A stretch of DNA of 64,000 bases, taken from the NCBI RefSeq assembly GCF_964355755.1, contig NC_092672.1, positions 1 to 64,000 of the forward strand, written 5' to 3'. A model generated the notes under the pieces. It worked only from the letters and a program-made list of their open reading frames with translations, searched no databases and was not told the origin of the DNA. This stretch comes from Antedon mediterranea. Lineage: Eukaryota > Animalia > Echinodermata. This document shows positions 61,111 through 64,000 of the stretch, in pieces. The translations under genes and the position numbers were made by a program. The stretch's first letter is position 1. The number at the start of each line of letters is the position of its first letter.

Positions 61111-63208
61111 CGAAATCCTGAAGTCCGAACCACATAGACAATTGAAACCTCACCTTTTTCTTTACTCCTAAAAGTAATACTGCCAAGCAAACCAAACGTA
61201 TTTTATTCAAAAATCATTATTCCTCATTATAAAGTATTCTTACGGTGCCAATCAATTGTAGATTTGTGTTTTTTTGTTCGTCATAAAAGGGATTTTCCAT
61301 GGGAGATCCCCTTATATTTCGTTGGCTTGCGTCCGCGTGTCAATTGTGTCGTGTGTGTGTGAGAAAAAAGGCAGCACATCATAAAATCGATCGTTCCGTT
61401 TGTGTTCATCACACACAACACATACACGACGACGAACGGGAACCAATCTTTCTTGGAATTCCCCTATTCGTCATTAAAACTACTGTATATTTGGGTATCT
61501 GTACTCACTGTAATAAATATCCATGGCAAAAACGAATTGTGCTAGGCCAACATGTCGACGAATATAAAATAACATCATATTTCATACACTTTTATTTATT
61601 TCTAATTTTATCTTCTCAGGCACAATAATAAAAACAATTTTAAATGGGCTAAATACATTGGCTGTTTCCAGATGCTTTATTATTTTTACCAAACTCAGGA
61701 TTAAATTTTTATATATAAATATTTTCTTAAACACATGGGGAAGGAAATACAGTCCTCGTATAAATTGGTATTATTGCGTTCGCCAAAAAGTTTTTTGAGA
61801 TCTAAAATAAATGAACAACTCATGCAATGACAAATATATGATTTAACAATAACGTTTTGCAGCATATAGGTCTATACTGGTTCCCTGTAATAACATTCTT
61901 GAGTACTATCAATACTCAACACAATTTCTGATAAAAAATATAAACAAAAATAACCTCTTCTAAAATTGAAATAAAATCAAGAATGTTCTCAGTTCTAGTA
62001 CTATTAAATCTTAACACCTAAATATAAAAATACTATTTTCTTTCAACGACTCCAATACTTAATTGATGTAATTTCAGTGACAACACAAGCAGTCAAATGT
62101 CCGACAATAATATTTTAATCCTAATTAGAAACAAAATAGATTTGACATTGAATAAATAGAATACTAGCAACTATTCAAGTGGAGTAGTAAAATGTTGGAT
62201 AATGCAACATAATGCGTAACTCATACCATATACTATTAATGTGTGAAATAAAAGAACTATTGAAATTTCAGTGGAAAAAAGAATAAGCTATCTTAATTTT
62301 AACACAATTACTTAACCTGATCTGAAGAAGAATCATCGCTGAACTGCTAACAAAAGAATAAGCTATCTTAATTTTAACACAATTACTTAACCTGATCTGA
62401 AGAGGAATCATCGCTGCTAACAAGATCATAACAATACTGTTAACTGTTTACATAAACTGAAACACACACAATTAGTTACAAACTTTGTACTATGTTGTTT
62501 AAACATAACAGCATTTCTAGGAAGTGAGCTCAAGTATTTCACCAAACGAACAATAAACGTCATATGAAGCAGATAAAATGTGTTTTTTAATATTTTGAGT
62601 ATTCATAACTTTTGATTTGGTAGTGAATAATTTAATTAAAATTTCTAAAATGTTTAAAATTTACATTTTGAATTCCAAAAAAAATATAAAGTAAGCACTT
62701 AATAAAAGTTGCTCATAGATGGTTTTCTAAAAAGATAGTTTATTATAAAAATTCTGTTTTTGATCACCATATTATGTCCCAACAAATGCTGTTTTTGATC
62801 ACCATATGTCCCAACAAAGATATTTGAAAAACATAAGATACCAAGACATCATCAATATACTACTACTTATATTTTTTAATGGCAATAACTAAAACAAAAA
62901 ATATTTCTAGAATATTCCAATAAAGAAAGTAAACTTTTGAAAATCGCCTTTTAGTTTTTTCAATTCAATGCTGACTCAATAGGTTCATTTGTTGCACTGA
63001 TCGACTTCAGTTTTGGCTCAATAAGTTGACTATAGGTTCATTTGATGCACTGATAGATTTGTGGCTCAATAAGTATTGTTTTCAGAATACAGTATAAAGA
63101 ATACAAAACGTTTTTTTCATGATTTAGTTGTTTTCAACAATTCACAATGTTTAGTTTCAGGGAAGTTGACTGTATATTCTTGACTGTATTCTTCTTGGTT
63201 TTTTAATA

Positions 63209-63646
63209 TCAAAGTACTGCACTATCTGCACTGTTAAATTGTTTACTATATGTTGTTGCACCAACAGAGAGTTTAGCAATCAGGGCTGGTACACAGTTTT
63301 TTGGTATGAGGCAACCTGTAATAAAAGAATCAAACAAATATAATAATTAGTTTGGTGAGGTTATCATCATACATATCCATAAAGTGCTTGACAACAATTA
63401 GAGGATTTATATATACAATAAAAGGAGTAATGGAGTTATCGCTCTATCTTACCTACAAGTTTGGCTCCATCATCAGTTTTTAATCTTAAGATTTGCATTT
63501 TTGAATGGGGACCTGTTGCAGTTGCTAAAATGTCTTCAACCTTTGACCAAACACTTAAAACGGATCCACTAAGAATATAGTAAGTGCGCCTCCTTAAACC
63601 TACTTCACACGACTGATATACCATGTACCTTTTACAATTACCTCTC
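63209..63646 (-). CDS. SBNO: Last two coding exons (63453-63646, 63209-63315) of a second tandem strawberry notch paralog; gene continues beyond the window
   Basis: [47 protein letters not shown]|CLIPKNCV..AVL*; same 194-bp exon and intron phases as the first gene. Confidence 0.9.
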
Positions 63647-63719
63647 CTAATTAAAACAAAAGCATATATATTTGTTGTGAAACAGTAAAAATAAATAGTT
63701 ATATTATATACTATGAGGC

Positions 63720-64000
63720 TAGCATAGATAACTTTTCAAACAATTTCTAGATTGCTATGGTGGTGACTGGTTAGCATAGATAACTTTTTAGACAATTTCT
63801 AGTTTGCTATGGGGATCCATAGTTCTTGGTGATGACTGGTTAGCATAGATAACTTTTTAGACAATTTCTAGTTTGCTATGGGGATCCATAGTTCTTGGTG
63901 ATGACTGGTTAGCATAGATAACTTTTCAAACAATTTCTAGTTTGCTATGGGGATCCATAGTTCTTGGTGATGACTGGTTAGCATAGATAAATTTTCAAAC
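63720..64000. repeat. 69-bp intronic minisatellite in the second SBNO gene
   Basis: TTAGCATAGATAAC recurs at 63771, 63840 and 63909, with a near match at 63978. Confidence 0.9.

Noticed and set aside
59896-61628. Short ORFs between the two SBNO genes
   Set aside because: No domains, no splice support and no coding-like composition.

Overview
This window is the left end of an animal chromosome (TTAGGG telomere, spliceosomal introns including one U12-type intron; AT-rich, probably an invertebrate, taxon not determinable). In order: (CCCTAA)n telomere at 1-730; about 13 kb of duplicated subtelomeric satellite blocks with a captured LINE fragment; a degenerate full-length CR1/L2-group LINE carrying nested insertions at 13.6-19.8 kb; a complete 25-coding-exon strawberry notch (SBNO) gene on the minus strand at 21644-57709 (1479 aa, all splice phases consistent by manual assembly); and the last two coding exons of a second tandem SBNO paralog at 63.2-63.6 kb. 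The most unusual signal is that many of the larger SBNO introns carry their own private minisatellite, and five of these arrays copy the exon/intron junction itself, giving dozens of decoy splice sites; one intron is entirely a concatemer of 47-nt GT...AG units. Also present: a fused telomere-repeat insertion inside a 32-bp duplication, a 28-bp perfect-palindrome insertion whose empty site is also in the window, and a multi-level nested transposon stack. All coordinates and counts were read by hand; no database searches were run.
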